Shown here one piece after another: positions 1 through 13,006 of a DNA stretch of 64,000 nucleotides. A program made the translations under genes and the position numbers. Source of the stretch: Opitutales bacterium (GTDB taxonomy: Bacteria; Verrucomicrobiota; Verrucomicrobiia; Opitutales; Coraliomargaritaceae). Where the stretch lies: NCBI GenBank assembly GCA_049598495.1, contig JBMYNR010000004.1, positions 1 to 64,000 on the forward strand. The letters are read 5' to 3'. The number at the start of each line of letters is the position of its first letter. The stretch's first letter is position 1. The notes below the pieces were generated by a model, which did no database searches, was not told the DNA's origin, and worked only from the letters and a program-made list of their open reading frames with translations.

Positions 1-33
1 GCTGAAGTATTGGCCAGACCTGAAGGAGTGTAG
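1..33 (+). CDS. possible 3' end of a gene starting before the window
   Basis: Frame 1 reads AEVLARPEGV then TAG, followed by repeat-rich intergenic DNA; too short to identify. Confidence 0.3.
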   Translation, partial: AEVLARPEGV

Positions 34-57
34 GCATTGAACCCATCCAACGCCTTT

Positions 58-466
58 CTTTACCCCTAAAACACGCTAAAGAGACGCTAAAATATGCGAT
101 CAGGAAAAGAAAACAGAGAACGCAAAACTTTGCAGACGTATTTTTGAACCGCTAATGACCACTAATCCATTAAGACGCCGAGAGAGAAAATGAACAAGGA
201 TCATAAGCGTGTCATGAGCGGTGATAAGCGGTGTCCAGCTATGCTGGAAAGCAGAGGATTGGGGCGCTTGCACGGTCTGACATCTTACATATTCGAGCCC
301 TGATCCAGTCGAGATAGTCAATGCGTGATGCCTCGCCCGATTATCTAAAAACCATTTCTACGATTGAGCCCGTAGGCTCGCATCGACTACTCTTTACGTA
401 ATGCTACCGAAAACACCTCTCATCCTTTTTATTTAGCGTTCGTTTAGCGTAACTTAGCGGTCAAAA
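58..466. repeat. nested inverted repeats built of ~11-nt CGCTAAA/TTTAGCG subunits
   Basis: Outer arms CCCCTAAAACACGCTAAAGAGACGCTAAAAT (~63-93) and TTTAGCGTTCGTTTAGCGTAACTTAGCGGTCAAAA (~432-466); inner arms ~147-172 and ~202-233; another arm at ~10497-10533. Confidence 0.65.
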
Positions 467-478
467 CAAGACGCACCA

Positions 479-1270
479 ATGATGCAACCTCCACATGCCT
501 TAGTCACCAACGACGACGGGATTGAGTCGGCCTTCCTTCACCGGCTGGTCGATGCCCTCCTCCCCGATTTCCGGGTTTCGGTCGCCGCACCGGCCTTTGA
601 ACAAAGCTGGAAGGGGCGCTCCATGACTAGACATGGAGAGATCGAGGTCATCCATAGTCCATCCCTTTTCCCGAGCGGGGTCGAGGCCTGGGCCATCAGC
701 GGAACACCCACCGATTGCGTGAATATCGCTCTCGGGAATCTGCTGGAAACCAAACCGGACGTCGTCGTTTCGGGAATTAATATCGGCTTCAACACCACCG
801 AAACCTTAATTCTGAGTTCGGGAACGGTGGCCGGCGCGATTGAAGGCACCCTCTGGGGCATCCCTGCCATCGCCTTTAGTCAATGCGTCCCGGGGCCAAT
901 TTTTGAAAGCATCCGAGACGCCAAGGGTCAGGCGGACCCCGATTTCACAGCCTCCCTTCGCTGCGCCGCCGCCCGAGCAGCCGAAATGACGATAGATACC
1001 GTCCGAAACCGCGAAAAAACCACCGGATCCGTGATCAATATCAATTTTCCATCAGAGACCCGACCCGAAACGGCCGTCGAAGAAACCGTGCCCGCCAAAC
1101 TACGCCTGGGTAGTCTGTTCACTGAAACCAGTCCGGGAAAATACGAGTTTCGCTACTCCGAAGGCCTCGTGCTCGAGTCCGATGCCCGCTCGGATCGGGC
1201 GGCGCTAGAAGCCGGAAAAATCAGCCGAAGCGTGCTCAATTTCTCCCGGATCGGGAAGCCTCACGAATAA
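479..1270 (+). CDS. surE: 5'/3'-nucleotidase SurE
   Basis: [31 protein letters not shown] motifs. Confidence 0.93.
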   Translation: MMQPPHALVTNDDGIESAFLHRLVDALLPDFRVSVAAPAFEQSWKGRSMTRHGEIEVIHSPSLFPSGVEAWAISGTPTDCVNIALGNLLETKPDVVVSGINIGFNTTETLILSSGTVAGAIEGTLWGIPAIAFSQCVPGPIFESIRDAKGQADPDFTASLRCAAARAAEMTIDTVRNREKTTGSVININFPSETRPETAVEETVPAKLRLGSLFTETSPGKYEFRYSEGLVLESDARSDRAALEAGKISRSVLNFSRIGKPHE

Positions 1271-1308
1271 AACTTGCGTGATGCGGGTGCGAAAAATAGG
1301 CACTACGC

Positions 1309-2799
1309 ATGATTTCATCTTTCACCCAGAGATACGCTTATCTGAAGCCGGGCCTCTTCGCACTTGCGGCTTGTTTCCTTGTCGCCGTCGTCCTCGCTCC
1401 TGTTGCGCAGGCTCAAAGCGACCGCGATCTCTTTCGCGGGACCTGGCAGATCGAGACACCGAAAGATGGGGCGCTCATTTTAATCGTAAAAAGCCAAGGG
1501 TTGGCCGCCTATTTTTGGGGCAGTAATACCGACCGCACGGTCTATCAGGGCACTTGGGAAAGCGATGACGAATCGGCCACGCTGACCTGGCCCGACGGCA
1601 GCCGGCATATCATCGCACGAAATTCACTGGGCTTTAGCATCACATGGATCGATACGAACGGCAGCGAGCGCTATACCACCGAAGCCCAGCAAGTTCCCAC
1701 GGAAATTCTCGGGCAGTGGGCCAAGCCCCCTGCACGAGAGAGTGAGGACGTCTCCGATCGGGATCGAGCTCAAGACTTTTTCGGTATCTGGAAAATAGGT
1801 CCAGACGACGAGGGCACTGACTATATCTTTGTGGAATCGGACCGGTCCGCCGCCAGCTCAAACGAGAACCTACGGGGCTCCTGGGCCAAACAAGGGAGTG
1901 AATTACACATTACCTGGGACAGCGGGCACTACTCCATTCTCCGGGAAAACCGCCGCGACTTTGCCTGCAAAACCATCGCCCCCGGCAGGATCATCGAAGA
2001 GGATACAACGAGTTTTACCCCGGCCACTCGCACGATTGAAGACAAGGTTCCCGCGAAATGGCTGGCAGATTATAGAAAGGAGCGCGAAGTCTACTCCGGA
2101 GGAATCGCCTTCTCGAGTCGCAAGAATGCCCGTGCATTTTATCGGGGTGACTGGATCGTAAAGCTCACCGAAGCCAGCTTTGAGCGGATCGAAATCACCC
2201 GCTTTGGCGGCTTGACCACATCACTCGATCGAAACCTTGAAGGCGACTGGCGAATGCAGGGCCAGGATATCTTTATGCGCTGGGATGATGGCATGCGAAA
2301 AATTCTCAGCCCGATTGGCCGCGGCTTCGTGCTTTACGAATTCAAGCCGGGGCGCCCACTCGATGCTGTTCCGACTCGGACACGAGCTGCCGCGCCCGCC
2401 GATTCATCGAAACTGGCAGAGCATCTGAAGGGGCGCCAGGACGTGGCTCAGCAAATACTCAGCCTCGCCGAGGCGGCGGGGATCGACCCAGCGGAGCAGG
2501 AAGAAGCCGGCTGGGGACGAACCTTCGCTCGCTGGGCATGGCCTTTCGGGGAGGAATCCACCACCGCCAGCTCGGAAGCAATCCTTGAGCAGGAATTCGA
2601 GCCCGCAGGATCCGATGATCCATGGTGGTGGCCCTTCTGGAGTGAGTCCGAAGAGCCCGCACCTGAGCCGGTTGCCGAAGAGAGCGAGGGTGAGCTTGCC
2701 ACTCCGAAACTCAAAGAAGAGGCCGATCGCACTGCGGCCGGTAGTGAAGAAAGCCAAAAAAAGCGCCGTTCCATTCGCGATTGGGCTTGGCCTTTCTAA
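1309..2799 (+). CDS. exported hypothetical protein with three GxW..GxW..WxxG repeats and an acidic WxWPF tail
   Basis: 496-aa ORF, N-terminal signal peptide (AQA|Q), internal repeats visible in the translation. Confidence 0.8.
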   Translation: MISSFTQRYAYLKPGLFALAACFLVAVVLAPVAQAQSDRDLFRGTWQIETPKDGALILIVKSQGLAAYFWGSNTDRTVYQGTWESDDESATLTWPDGSRHIIARNSLGFSITWIDTNGSERYTTEAQQVPTEILGQWAKPPARESEDVSDRDRAQDFFGIWKIGPDDEGTDYIFVESDRSAASSNENLRGSWAKQGSELHITWDSGHYSILRENRRDFACKTIAPGRIIEEDTTSFTPATRTIEDKVPAKWLADYRKEREVYSGGIAFSSRKNARAFYRGDWIVKLTEASFERIEITRFGGLTTSLDRNLEGDWRMQGQDIFMRWDDGMRKILSPIGRGFVLYEFKPGRPLDAVPTRTRAAAPADSSKLAEHLKGRQDVAQQILSLAEAAGIDPAEQEEAGWGRTFARWAWPFGEESTTASSEAILEQEFEPAGSDDPWWWPFWSESEEPAPEPVAEESEGELATPKLKEEADRTAAGSEESQKKRRSIRDWAWPF

Positions 2800-2846
2800 G
2801 TTCTCCCCTTCCCAGTATCCGATTTTAAATTTCACTAGTCTTAAGA

Positions 2847-4130
2847 ATGAGCACGACCACCACATCCACCGCCCTGAACGCCAGCCCTGTTGCCGTAATC
2901 GACCCGGAGATCGCCGCCGCGATCGCTGCCGAGCATAAGCGCCAGGAAAGCCATATCGAACTAATCGCGTCGGAGAACTTTACCTACCCGGCCGTGATGG
3001 AAGCCCAGGGGGGCGTCCTCACCAACAAATATGCCGAAGGCTACCCCGGCAAGCGCTGGTATGGCGGTTGTGAACATGTCGATGTCGTGGAAACACTTGC
3101 CATCGAGCGCGCTAAAGAACTTTTCGGAGCCGAGCACGCCAACGTCCAACCACACTCCGGCTCACAGGCAAACTTTGCGGTCTACACCTCGGTGCTTCAG
3201 CCGGGCGACAAGCTCCTCGGAATGAATCTGGCGCACGGAGGCCACCTCACTCACGGGAATCCGGTCAACTTCTCCGGAAAGCTTTACGAATTCGTCCAAT
3301 ACGGCGTCCGCGAGGACACGGGACTGATCGACTATGACGAACTCGCCGAAATCGCGGAGCGCGAAAAACCAAAGATGATCACCGTGGGGGCCTCTGCTTA
3401 CTCCCGGATCATTGATTTCGAACGGATGGGGGAAATCGCCCGCTCGGTCGGCGCCTATCTCTTTGCCGACATCGCACACATCGCCGGCCTGGTTGCGGCA
3501 GGCGTCCATCCCTCCCCCGTGCCGCATGCAGACTTTGTTACGACCACGACACACAAGACGCTCCGCGGGCCCCGCGGCGGCCTGATTCTTTGCAAGGCAG
3601 AGCATGCCAAGGCAATCGACTCGGCCATGTTTCCCGGCGGGCAAGGTGGCCCACTCATGCATGTAATCGCGGCCAAGGCCATCTGCTTCGGCGAAGCGCT
3701 TAAGCCCGAGTTCAAAGAATACGCCGCACAGGTGGTTAAAAATTCACAAGCGCTGGCGCGCGCCATGCGCGAGCGCGGCTACAAACTGATCTCCGGCGGT
3801 TCCGACAACCATCTCTTCCTCATCGATCTGCGTGAGAACCTTCCCGACCTCACCGCCAAGGTGGCCCAAGAGACACTCGATCTCGCGCACATCACCTGCA
3901 ATAAGAACACCGTTCCCTTCGAGACGCGCTCGCCCTTCAAGGCCTCTGGCATCCGACTCGGCACACCGGCCGTGACCAGTCGCGGATTCGTCGAGGCAGA
4001 TATGGAGACGATCGCCGACTGCATTGACACGGTTCTTAAAGCCATCGACTCGGATGGACTCGAGGCCGCGCTTAAAACCGTTAAAGGACGCGTAGCAGAA
4101 CTGACCGAAAAATACCCGCTACCCTACTAG
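2847..4130 (+). CDS. glyA: serine hydroxymethyltransferase
   Basis: [36 protein letters not shown] (PLP lysine). Confidence 0.98.
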   Translation: MSTTTTSTALNASPVAVIDPEIAAAIAAEHKRQESHIELIASENFTYPAVMEAQGGVLTNKYAEGYPGKRWYGGCEHVDVVETLAIERAKELFGAEHANVQPHSGSQANFAVYTSVLQPGDKLLGMNLAHGGHLTHGNPVNFSGKLYEFVQYGVREDTGLIDYDELAEIAEREKPKMITVGASAYSRIIDFERMGEIARSVGAYLFADIAHIAGLVAAGVHPSPVPHADFVTTTTHKTLRGPRGGLILCKAEHAKAIDSAMFPGGQGGPLMHVIAAKAICFGEALKPEFKEYAAQVVKNSQALARAMRERGYKLISGGSDNHLFLIDLRENLPDLTAKVAQETLDLAHITCNKNTVPFETRSPFKASGIRLGTPAVTSRGFVEADMETIADCIDTVLKAIDSDGLEAALKTVKGRVAELTEKYPLPY

Positions 4131-4138
4131 GTCGCCCC

Positions 4139-4338
4139 GTAGCGATCTTGTGCCAACAAGGTCGAAAGACCAGCGCTCCCGCCAACTCGAAGCACCTCAC
4201 ACGTCGACGCGACTGGCGTCGCATCGCTACGCCTACACGCATTCCCGTAGCGACCTTGTGACAACAAGGTCGACAGACAAGCGCTCCCGCCAAGTCGAAA
4301 CACCTCACACGTCGACGCGACTGGCGTCGCATCGCGAC
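4139..4338. repeat. two tandem REP doublets (GTAG type, family A), 108-bp period
   Basis: GTAGCGA(T/C)CTTGTG(C/A)CAACAAGGTCGA ... GTCGACGCGACTGGCGTCGCATCGC(T/G)AC starting at 4139 and 4247, between convergent genes. Confidence 0.85.
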
Positions 4339-4346
4339 GGAGAACC

Positions 4347-5942
<1,596 letters not shown>

Positions 5943-6023
5943 TAAAATGAACTACGTAAAGTACTAAGCGCTCGCACTTACTGTGGGCAAGCAGTAAACC
6001 CTATCTGTAACAAAATTTCACTT

Positions 6024-6701
6024 ATGTCTCCCAGCCAAGAAGATCTCGAACATACTTTAGGTTACCGATTCAATGATCCATACCTCCTCGAACGTGCGCT
6101 CACCCACTCCAGTTGCGACTCAGCAGGGGGCAACAATCAACGCCTCGAGTTCCTCGGCGATACGGTTCTCGACTTAATCATCGCAGCACAGCTCTTCGCC
6201 CGTTTCCCGGAAGCCGACGAGGGCGACCTTGACCGTGGACGTGCGAGCCTGGTCAACGGAAGCGCACTCGCTACAATTGCTGAGCAAGCCGGGATCAAGA
6301 ACCATCTCATTGTTGGCGCAGCTCACCTCAAGCACCACCCCGAACCCAGTCGTGCCATGTTGGAGGACGCTCTCGAAGCGCTCATCGGCGCCGTTTTTCT
6401 GGATGGGGGATTCGAGGCCGCTCGGAAGAGCGTAGAGACACTATTCTGTGAAAGCCTGGAACAGATCGACCTGGATGCGGCAAACAAGAATCCCAAAGGC
6501 CGCCTTCAGGAATGGTCCCAAAAAGAGCACCAGGGCGCCATCCCGCTCTACGAAGCACTTGATGCCGAGGGGCCTGACCACGAACGCCACTATACGGCCC
6601 TTGTGCGCCTAAACGGCAAGGAACTTGGACGCGGGAGCGGACGTTCAAAAAAATCAGCCGAAGCGGCCGCGGCCGAAGCGGCGCTGATGAAAGTTCTCTA
6701 A
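6024..6701 (+). CDS. rnc: ribonuclease III
   Basis: [29 protein letters not shown]-terminal dsRBD (GPDH...G.GRSKKSAE). Confidence 0.95.
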   Translation: MSPSQEDLEHTLGYRFNDPYLLERALTHSSCDSAGGNNQRLEFLGDTVLDLIIAAQLFARFPEADEGDLDRGRASLVNGSALATIAEQAGIKNHLIVGAAHLKHHPEPSRAMLEDALEALIGAVFLDGGFEAARKSVETLFCESLEQIDLDAANKNPKGRLQEWSQKEHQGAIPLYEALDAEGPDHERHYTALVRLNGKELGRGSGRSKKSAEAAAAEAALMKVL

Positions 6702-6702
6702 C

Positions 6703-9700
6703 TTGCCTGCCCCACCGGAACAAAAACTCTACCATGGCGTCTGCACAGAGGCATGCGCCCCGCTTCTCTACAGCCTCGTTCGGAGCGGGCAGAGGACCAC
6801 CACCGTCGCCCTCGTGGCCGACCCGCGTCGGGCTCAAGAGCTGGCTGCTGAAATAGAGGTCTACAGCAAATGGTCCGAAGTCCCCTCCATCGAAGTATTC
6901 TATTTTCCGGAGGATCCGCCGCCTGATATCGACGCCCAGCGGCGCGCCGACCGGATTTGCGACCGACTCTCCGTGATCAGTGAACTCGTTTCGAAACCGG
7001 CTGAACGGCGCCTGATTGTGGCCACGCCCGAAGCCCTTCTCGGTGCTTGCCCTCTCAAAGACAGCTTTCAAGCTCGCCGACTCCACCTCGAGGTAGGCCA
7101 ATCGGTGCCCTTCTCGGAACTCATCGAGCAACTCACGGGGGAACTGGATTACGACTCGGAGGCACTCTGCGAGCAACCGGGCCAGATCGCCACCCGCGGG
7201 GGCTTGATCGACATCTACCCGTACGATGCGCATTGCCCCTACCGGGTGGATTTCTTCGGCGACGAGATCGAGAGCATCCGCTCATTCGACCCGACATCGC
7301 AGCGCACAGAGGGCGACGCATCTGCAATCGATATCGCGGCCGCAGAAAGTGCGGCGTCCGTCCATTCATCGGAAGGTGGCTTTATTGACTACCTGCCGAA
7401 AGGCCCAATTCAGTGGGTCTTAGAGGAGGCCGGGGGCCTCGTTCGGGAGCACCCTTACCGATTCGAGAAGACGCGAACTCAGTCGGACAGACCGCGCTCC
7501 TTCCATCAGGTTCAAACAACACGCGATGAGATCGATGACCTCATCTGTATCGGAGAGTTGGATACGGACCCCGAACTCTTCAAAGGAGCAGAACGAATCA
7601 ATATCCACTCCGAGCCCACAGCAAACTACCGATTCTGTATCGACCAATCTCAAATCGGCATCGACCGTTTCGAATCGGAACAAGGCGCCCGCCGCAAGTT
7701 CGAGGCGCAATTGGCCGACTGGGCCACTAAAGGCTACAAACTCATCTTTGCCACCGCTGGCGAGAGCGAGACCAAGCGAATCTGTGAACTGCTGGCGGAG
7801 AACCCTCTTACAACCAAGATTAACCCGAGCTTCTACTGCGGCACGATTTCGGGAGGCTACATCTTAGAGGCTAACGGCGAACTACAGCTGCCGTATCTCA
7901 CAGCTACTGCAGAAGGCAGGGGCGCTCCTCGCGACACCCGAGACACGGCAAGCCTAAAGAGCGCGGCGGGTGGCGCAAGCGTCACCCCTACGGGCCTCGT
8001 CATGGTTACCGACTCCGAGTATTTCGGTCGGCGCGGCCGCAAAGTCAGCACGCAGAAAGAGCGGGCACGACCCAGCATCTCACAAGTCGATCAGTTGCTC
8101 GACTTTACCGAACTGGCAGATGGCGATGCCCTCGTTCACTTGCAACACGGTGTCTGCCTCTTCCGTGGACTCACACAGCTGGATATCCAGGGTGGGACGA
8201 AAGAAGTCATCTCAGTCGAATTTGCCGACCAAATGACGATCCATGTTCCCCTACAGGAATCCCATTTACTGACGCGCTACGTAGGCCTGACCAAGACCTC
8301 GCCCAAGCTCGGAAAAATTGGGGGCTCTGCTTGGGATAGGACTCGCGCAGCGGCCGAGCGGGCCACCCTCGACTACGCAGCCGAGATGCTCCAATTACAC
8401 GCCCGCCGTAGCCAGGAAGGGGGCTACGCCTTCCCTGAGGATCATGTCTGGCAAAAGGACTTCGAGGCAGCCTTTCCGTTCAAAGAGACCCCCGACCAGC
8501 TCTCTGCAATCGAGGCAGCCAAGGAGGATATGGAAAAACCTGTGGCTATGGATCGACTGATCTGCGGGGATGTTGGCTTCGGTAAAACCGAAGTCGCCAT
8601 CCGAGCGGCACTGAAGGCTGTGCTTGCCGGCAAGCAAGTCGCTATTCTGGTGCCGACGACCGTCCTCTGCCAGCAACATTTCAACACCTTCTGCGAACGG
8701 ATGGCACAGTATCCGGTGATCATCGACATGGTTAGCCGCTTTCGCAGTCGTCAACAAAACAAGGAGAGCTTAGCTCAGGTGGCTGCCGGCAAGATCGATA
8801 TTGTCATTGGCACCCACCGATTACTAAGCAGCGACGTGCACTTTCAGGATCTTGGGCTACTCGTCGTCGACGAGGAACAACGCTTCGGGGTAAAGCAAAA
8901 AGAACGCATCAAGCAGATGCGCGCCGATGTCGACATCCTCACCCTAAGCGCCACCCCGATCCCACGCACCCTCTATCTGGCAATGGCCGGTGCCCGTGCG
9001 ATGAGCGTCATCGAAACGCCACCGGTGGACAGGCGTCCGATCGAGACTGTGGTGAAGAGTTATGACGAGAGTCTGATCAAAAGCGCGATTCAGGCGGAAG
9101 CGGATCGCGGTGGTCAGGTCTTCTATCTGCACAATCGGATCGACACCATCCAGGGCGTGGCAGCTAAGATCGAGGAGATGCACCCCAGGCTCAAAGTCGC
9201 CGTCGGCCACGGACAGATGACCGAAGGTGCCCTCGAAAAGATCATGACGCAGTTTGTCGCAGGAAAATACGATGTGCTGGTCTGCACCACCATCATCGAG
9301 TCGGGCATCGACATCCCAAATTGTAACACCTTGATCATAGAAGGTGCCGATCGTTTCGGCCTCGCCCAGCTCTACCAGATACGTGGGCGTGTAGGACGCT
9401 TCAAGCGTCAGGCCTACGCCTATCTCCTACTGCATCGCCACGCAGCACTTGTCGACCAGGCACAAAAGCGACTCAACGCGCTTAAACAGCACAACCAACT
9501 CGGGGCGGGTTTCCGCATCGCGATGCGAGATCTCGAGCTTCGAGGCGCAGGTAATCTTCTCGGCGCCCAGCAAAGCGGGCACATCGCCGGCATCGGCTTC
9601 GAGCTCTACTGCCAGCTACTCAAGCAAAGCGTAGCCCGGCTCAAAGGGGAGCCGGGCGCTGACCGCATCCGCGCTGAAGTGAAGCTCGACTTTGTGGCCA

Positions 9701-10191
9701 CGGGCGAAGGTGGACGCCGCGCCCGTCAGACCACGGGCACGATCAGCTTCGCTGCCATCAAAGATGCCGAATACGGCAACAGGAAGGCCACTGTGATCGA
9801 GGCCGCACTCCCCACTGGATACATCGCCGAGGCGCGCCTACGCATCGATCTCTATCGCCGACTCGCACTCGCCGAACGGATGGAGGAAGTCGGTGCTCTA
9901 TCCGAAGAACTGGCCGATCGATTTGGCAAGCTGCCTGTGGCGGCTGAAGCCCTCGTCGCGGTGACCCGCATCCGTGTATTGGCAGAATTCGCAGGCGTTC
10001 GCCGTGTTGAGAGCGAGGGCAACCGCTTGATCTGCAAGCTGGCGCAACCCGGTCCAGGGGGTGAATTTCTAAAGTCCGGCTCTCGCTTCCCGCGACTCAA
10101 ATCGAAGGAGCCACTCGAACGACTCGCAGAAATTGAGAACTTCTTAAAACGCCATCCGAAACCGCCCGCTGGCCGAAACGCAGAAAAATAG
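6703..10191 (+). CDS. mfd: transcription-repair coupling factor
   Basis: RID (VHLQHGV), [54 protein letters not shown] start. Confidence 0.97.
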   Translation: MPAPPEQKLYHGVCTEACAPLLYSLVRSGQRTTTVALVADPRRAQELAAEIEVYSKWSEVPSIEVFYFPEDPPPDIDAQRRADRICDRLSVISELVSKPAERRLIVATPEALLGACPLKDSFQARRLHLEVGQSVPFSELIEQLTGELDYDSEALCEQPGQIATRGGLIDIYPYDAHCPYRVDFFGDEIESIRSFDPTSQRTEGDASAIDIAAAESAASVHSSEGGFIDYLPKGPIQWVLEEAGGLVREHPYRFEKTRTQSDRPRSFHQVQTTRDEIDDLICIGELDTDPELFKGAERINIHSEPTANYRFCIDQSQIGIDRFESEQGARRKFEAQLADWATKGYKLIFATAGESETKRICELLAENPLTTKINPSFYCGTISGGYILEANGELQLPYLTATAEGRGAPRDTRDTASLKSAAGGASVTPTGLVMVTDSEYFGRRGRKVSTQKERARPSISQVDQLLDFTELADGDALVHLQHGVCLFRGLTQLDIQGGTKEVISVEFADQMTIHVPLQESHLLTRYVGLTKTSPKLGKIGGSAWDRTRAAAERATLDYAAEMLQLHARRSQEGGYAFPEDHVWQKDFEAAFPFKETPDQLSAIEAAKEDMEKPVAMDRLICGDVGFGKTEVAIRAALKAVLAGKQVAILVPTTVLCQQHFNTFCERMAQYPVIIDMVSRFRSRQQNKESLAQVAAGKIDIVIGTHRLLSSDVHFQDLGLLVVDEEQRFGVKQKERIKQMRADVDILTLSATPIPRTLYLAMAGARAMSVIETPPVDRRPIETVVKSYDESLIKSAIQAEADRGGQVFYLHNRIDTIQGVAAKIEEMHPRLKVAVGHGQMTEGALEKIMTQFVAGKYDVLVCTTIIESGIDIPNCNTLIIEGADRFGLAQLYQIRGRVGRFKRQAYAYLLLHRHAALVDQAQKRLNALKQHNQLGAGFRIAMRDLELRGAGNLLGAQQSGHIAGIGFELYCQLLKQSVARLKGEPGADRIRAEVKLDFVATGEGGRRARQTTGTISFAAIKDAEYGNRKATVIEAALPTGYIAEARLRIDLYRRLALAERMEEVGALSEELADRFGKLPVAAEALVAVTRIRVLAEFAGVRRVESEGNRLICKLAQPGPGGEFLKSGSRFPRLKSKEPLERLAEIENFLKRHPKPPAGRNAEK
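7916..7991. repeat. REP doublet (family F) inside the mfd reading frame
   Basis: Arms GCAGGGGCGCTCCTCGCGACACCCG and CGGGTGGCGCAAGCGTCACCCCTAC; similar to the intergenic doublet at 21669-21731. Confidence 0.7.
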
Positions 10192-10242
10192 GACTCGGAT
10201 ATTGCAGAGGCAGGCACTCAGCTTGTGGGGTTAAAATTAGGT

Positions 10243-10440
10243 TCTGATACGAAATTGTGAAAGGTATGTCTCCATTGAGAGACTGGAAGGCTTGCTGCCG
10301 GACGCCCTAAAGGGCGCACTCCAACCTTTAGGATGCGTGGAGGTTTTGTTGGAGTTCGGCCTTTAGGCCGTCTGATTCCATATTTAGAAAACTTTCAATC
10401 GCTGCATCCGGCACCAGCGAACTTGCGCCAGCAAGGTCGA
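10243..10440 (+). repeat. composite repeat (family B doublet plus family A arm), second copy at ~25992-26189
   Basis: ATGTCTCCATTGA...GCCGGACGCCCT(A/G)AAGGGCGCAC(T/A)CCAA...TTTGTTGGAGTTCGGCCTTTAGGCCGTCT...GCGAACTTGCGCCAGCAAGGTCGA in both places. Confidence 0.85.
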
Positions 10441-10556
10441 CCGAAAAGCGTTTTCATAGGGCTCGATTTGGTCGATAACGAGTCGGATCGGGCATTTTTT
10501 GACCACTAAAACACGCTCAAGGGACGCTAAAATCCGGGCGACAAGTTTGGCTCCCT

Positions 10557-10599
10557 TAGAGCCGATTGCATTTCGTTAGAACTTCAGGTGAGAGTCGTT
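10557..10599 (+). repeat. single end of the TAG-ended MITE-like element (family D)
   Basis: TAGAGCCGATTGCATTTCGTTAGAACTTCAGGTGAGAGTCGTT matches the ends at 17046 and 56806. Confidence 0.75.
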
Positions 10600-10729
10600 G
10601 AGCCGACCCATGCAAGCGATGCCATGGTCCATGATTCAGGATATGGGTAACACTTTAGGGCAACATGTTTTAATTCTTCCCTCCCCGCGCACCAGCGTAG
10701 CGAGCAGTAAAAGATTCATATTTCTAACT

Positions 10730-11506
10730 CTAGGAAAGCCCGCGCTCACTCGCCTCCACAAAGCGAAGGAAAGTCGTGGCGATGGCACTGCCTTCAGGCA
10801 TTTCGGCGCTCAGTTTTTCGGCCGCCTGACGACGGTTCAGTCCTTCTTTGTAAAACATCTTAAAGACGCGACGTGCAGTGTTGATCTCATCCGCAGAAAA
10901 CCCGTTGCGCTCGAGGCCGACCTTATTGGTGGTCCGAACCATAGCCGGGCTACCATCCGCAATCATGTAGGGTGGCACATCCTGGACCACCTTGGAGGCC
11001 GCCCCAACCATGGCATAGTCACCCACACGGCAGAACTGGTGGAGACCAGCACCCCAACCAATATTAACATGATTACCCAACTCAACATGCCCGCCCAGAG
11101 CAGCATGACTACTCATCACCAGATGATCGCCAATGATGCACTCGTGTGCGATATGGCTATATGCGAGCACGAGGTTGTTGTCCCCCACGATGGTATTTGT
11201 GCCCTCGACAGTGGCACAATGCACAGTGGCAAATTCACGAAAAACATTCCCTGAGCCGATATGCAGACCGGGTTGGCCACCTTTGTATTTCAAATCGTGT
11301 GTCTTGCCCCCCACATAGGCGTAAGGGTGCACCTCATTGTCCGCGCCCATCGTAGTCGCACCATCGACGGTGGCGTGATGCATCACTTCGGTGCCCTTGG
11401 CAATTTTAACCCTCGAGCCGATGTAGGCGTAGGCACCGACAATGACGCCCTCATCCAGTTCAGCGCCTGGTTCAACGACTGCAGTCATATGTATGTCCGT
11501 TGGCAT
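10730..11506 (-). CDS. lpxA: UDP-N-acetylglucosamine O-acyltransferase
   Basis: Hexapeptide repeats, [28 protein letters not shown]. Confidence 0.96.
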   Translation of the reverse strand: MPTDIHMTAVVEPGAELDEGVIVGAYAYIGSRVKIAKGTEVMHHATVDGATTMGADNEVHPYAYVGGKTHDLKYKGGQPGLHIGSGNVFREFATVHCATVEGTNTIVGDNNLVLAYSHIAHECIIGDHLVMSSHAALGGHVELGNHVNIGWGAGLHQFCRVGDYAMVGAASKVVQDVPPYMIADGSPAMVRTTNKVGLERNGFSADEINTARRVFKMFYKEGLNRRQAAEKLSAEMPEGSAIATTFLRFVEASERGLS

Positions 11507-11563
11507 AAAAAGTATTCTTATCCTGAAGACGATCTGGACGATGACGAAGTATCGCCCTGCGGA

Positions 11564-12892
11564 TTAATCAGTGGCGTCGGCTAACATAAACATCAGTTCG
11601 GCACTGGAAACCAGCTTGCCGCCCACCTTGCACTCGCCTGTCGCCGTGGCGATCTTTTTGCCGCGGATCTTGACCAGTTTGACACGGATCTCAACGGAGT
11701 CCCCAGGCTCCACCGCTTGACGGAACTTGACCTTATCGACGCTCATAAAAAACGCGATCTTGTTGTCGTCCGCCGGGATCTTGCGAAGCAAGAGTACCCC
11801 CGCAGCCTGCGCCATGGCCTCAACCTGAAGCACTCCGGGCATGACCGGGCGACCCGGGTAGTGCCCCTGAAAAAAGGGTTCGTTGATGGTGACATTCTTC
11901 AACGCGACCAACTCCTCATCACTGACGATCTCGACGATTCGATCGATCATAACAAAGGGATAGCGATGCGGCAGTAAATTGAGAACGCCGCGGACATCGA
12001 TCGTCTTTTCATGCGACTCAACGGACAACGGCTTCTGGGCAGAGCTCTTCGCGCCCTTTTGCTTCTCAAGGATCTTCTTACGAAGAACCTTGGAAAGCTC
12101 GGCATTGAGCGCGTGTCCGGGGCGCACACCAACAATGTGTGCCTTAATCGGCATACCGGCTAGGGTGATATCACCAATAATATCAAGTATCTTGTGCCGG
12201 ACAAACTCGTCTTTAAAGCGTAGCGGCTCCTTGGAAACGATCTTGTCCCCCTTGATCACTATCGCGCTATCGAGGCTACCGCCCTTGATCTTCCCAAGCT
12301 TGAGCAGCTCCTCAATGTCCTCATAGATCGTAAAAGTTCGGGCCGGAGCGATCTGTGCGACATAGCTCTCGTGGTCGATATCCAAGCTGAGGTGTTGCGT
12401 ATGAATACCTCGATCGTCCGCGGACGTACAGGTAATACGGAAGCCATCGTGGGGTAGCGCGATGATAGAACTACTGCCACGGGTCACAGAAATCGGCTCA
12501 TCAAGCTCGAAATACTGGCGCTCGGCCTCTTGCTCAACCGGCTCGGCCTCCTGAATCAGGTTAACGAAATGCTTGGCGGACCCGTCGAGGATGGGCGGCT
12601 CACTCGCATCCATTTCGATAATCACGTTGTCCACCCCACAGCCGCTGAGTGCACTCAAGACGTGCTCGATGGTGTGAACCTTGGCGTGACCGTCCGCAAT
12701 CGTCGTGCTGCGGACGAGGTCATCGACCAAATCAATGAGTGGTTTCAGCTCAGGCTTACCGAAGAGATCGATCCGACGAAAGACGACGCCGGTATTTTCC
12801 GGAGCCGGCTTTAGGGTGAGATTCACCTCTTCGCCGGTGTGCAGGGATTTCCCTTTGATGGAGACCTCCCTTAGAATGGAACGTTGTTTCAT
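11564..12892 (-). CDS. lpxC-fabZ: bifunctional LpxC / FabZ
   Basis: Lpx[28 protein letters not shown]; Fab[30 protein letters not shown]. Confidence 0.96.
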   Translation of the reverse strand: MKQRSILREVSIKGKSLHTGEEVNLTLKPAPENTGVVFRRIDLFGKPELKPLIDLVDDLVRSTTIADGHAKVHTIEHVLSALSGCGVDNVIIEMDASEPPILDGSAKHFVNLIQEAEPVEQEAERQYFELDEPISVTRGSSSIIALPHDGFRITCTSADDRGIHTQHLSLDIDHESYVAQIAPARTFTIYEDIEELLKLGKIKGGSLDSAIVIKGDKIVSKEPLRFKDEFVRHKILDIIGDITLAGMPIKAHIVGVRPGHALNAELSKVLRKKILEKQKGAKSSAQKPLSVESHEKTIDVRGVLNLLPHRYPFVMIDRIVEIVSDEELVALKNVTINEPFFQGHYPGRPVMPGVLQVEAMAQAAGVLLLRKIPADDNKIAFFMSVDKVKFRQAVEPGDSVEIRVKLVKIRGKKIATATGECKVGGKLVSSAELMFMLADATD

Positions 12893-13006
12893 AAAAAGTG
12901 CTTTTCCTTGGCCCTCAGCGATAAGCGCTGAGGGTTATCGGTGATCGGCGTAACCTAGAGACGGTCACAATTATGTAAAGCATCGGTTTTCGCGACGGTG
13001 ACGACG

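Noticed and set aside
11564..12892. LpxC-FabZ fusion as a novelty
   Set aside because: A known fusion in Bacteroidota, Chlorobi and Verrucomicrobiota.
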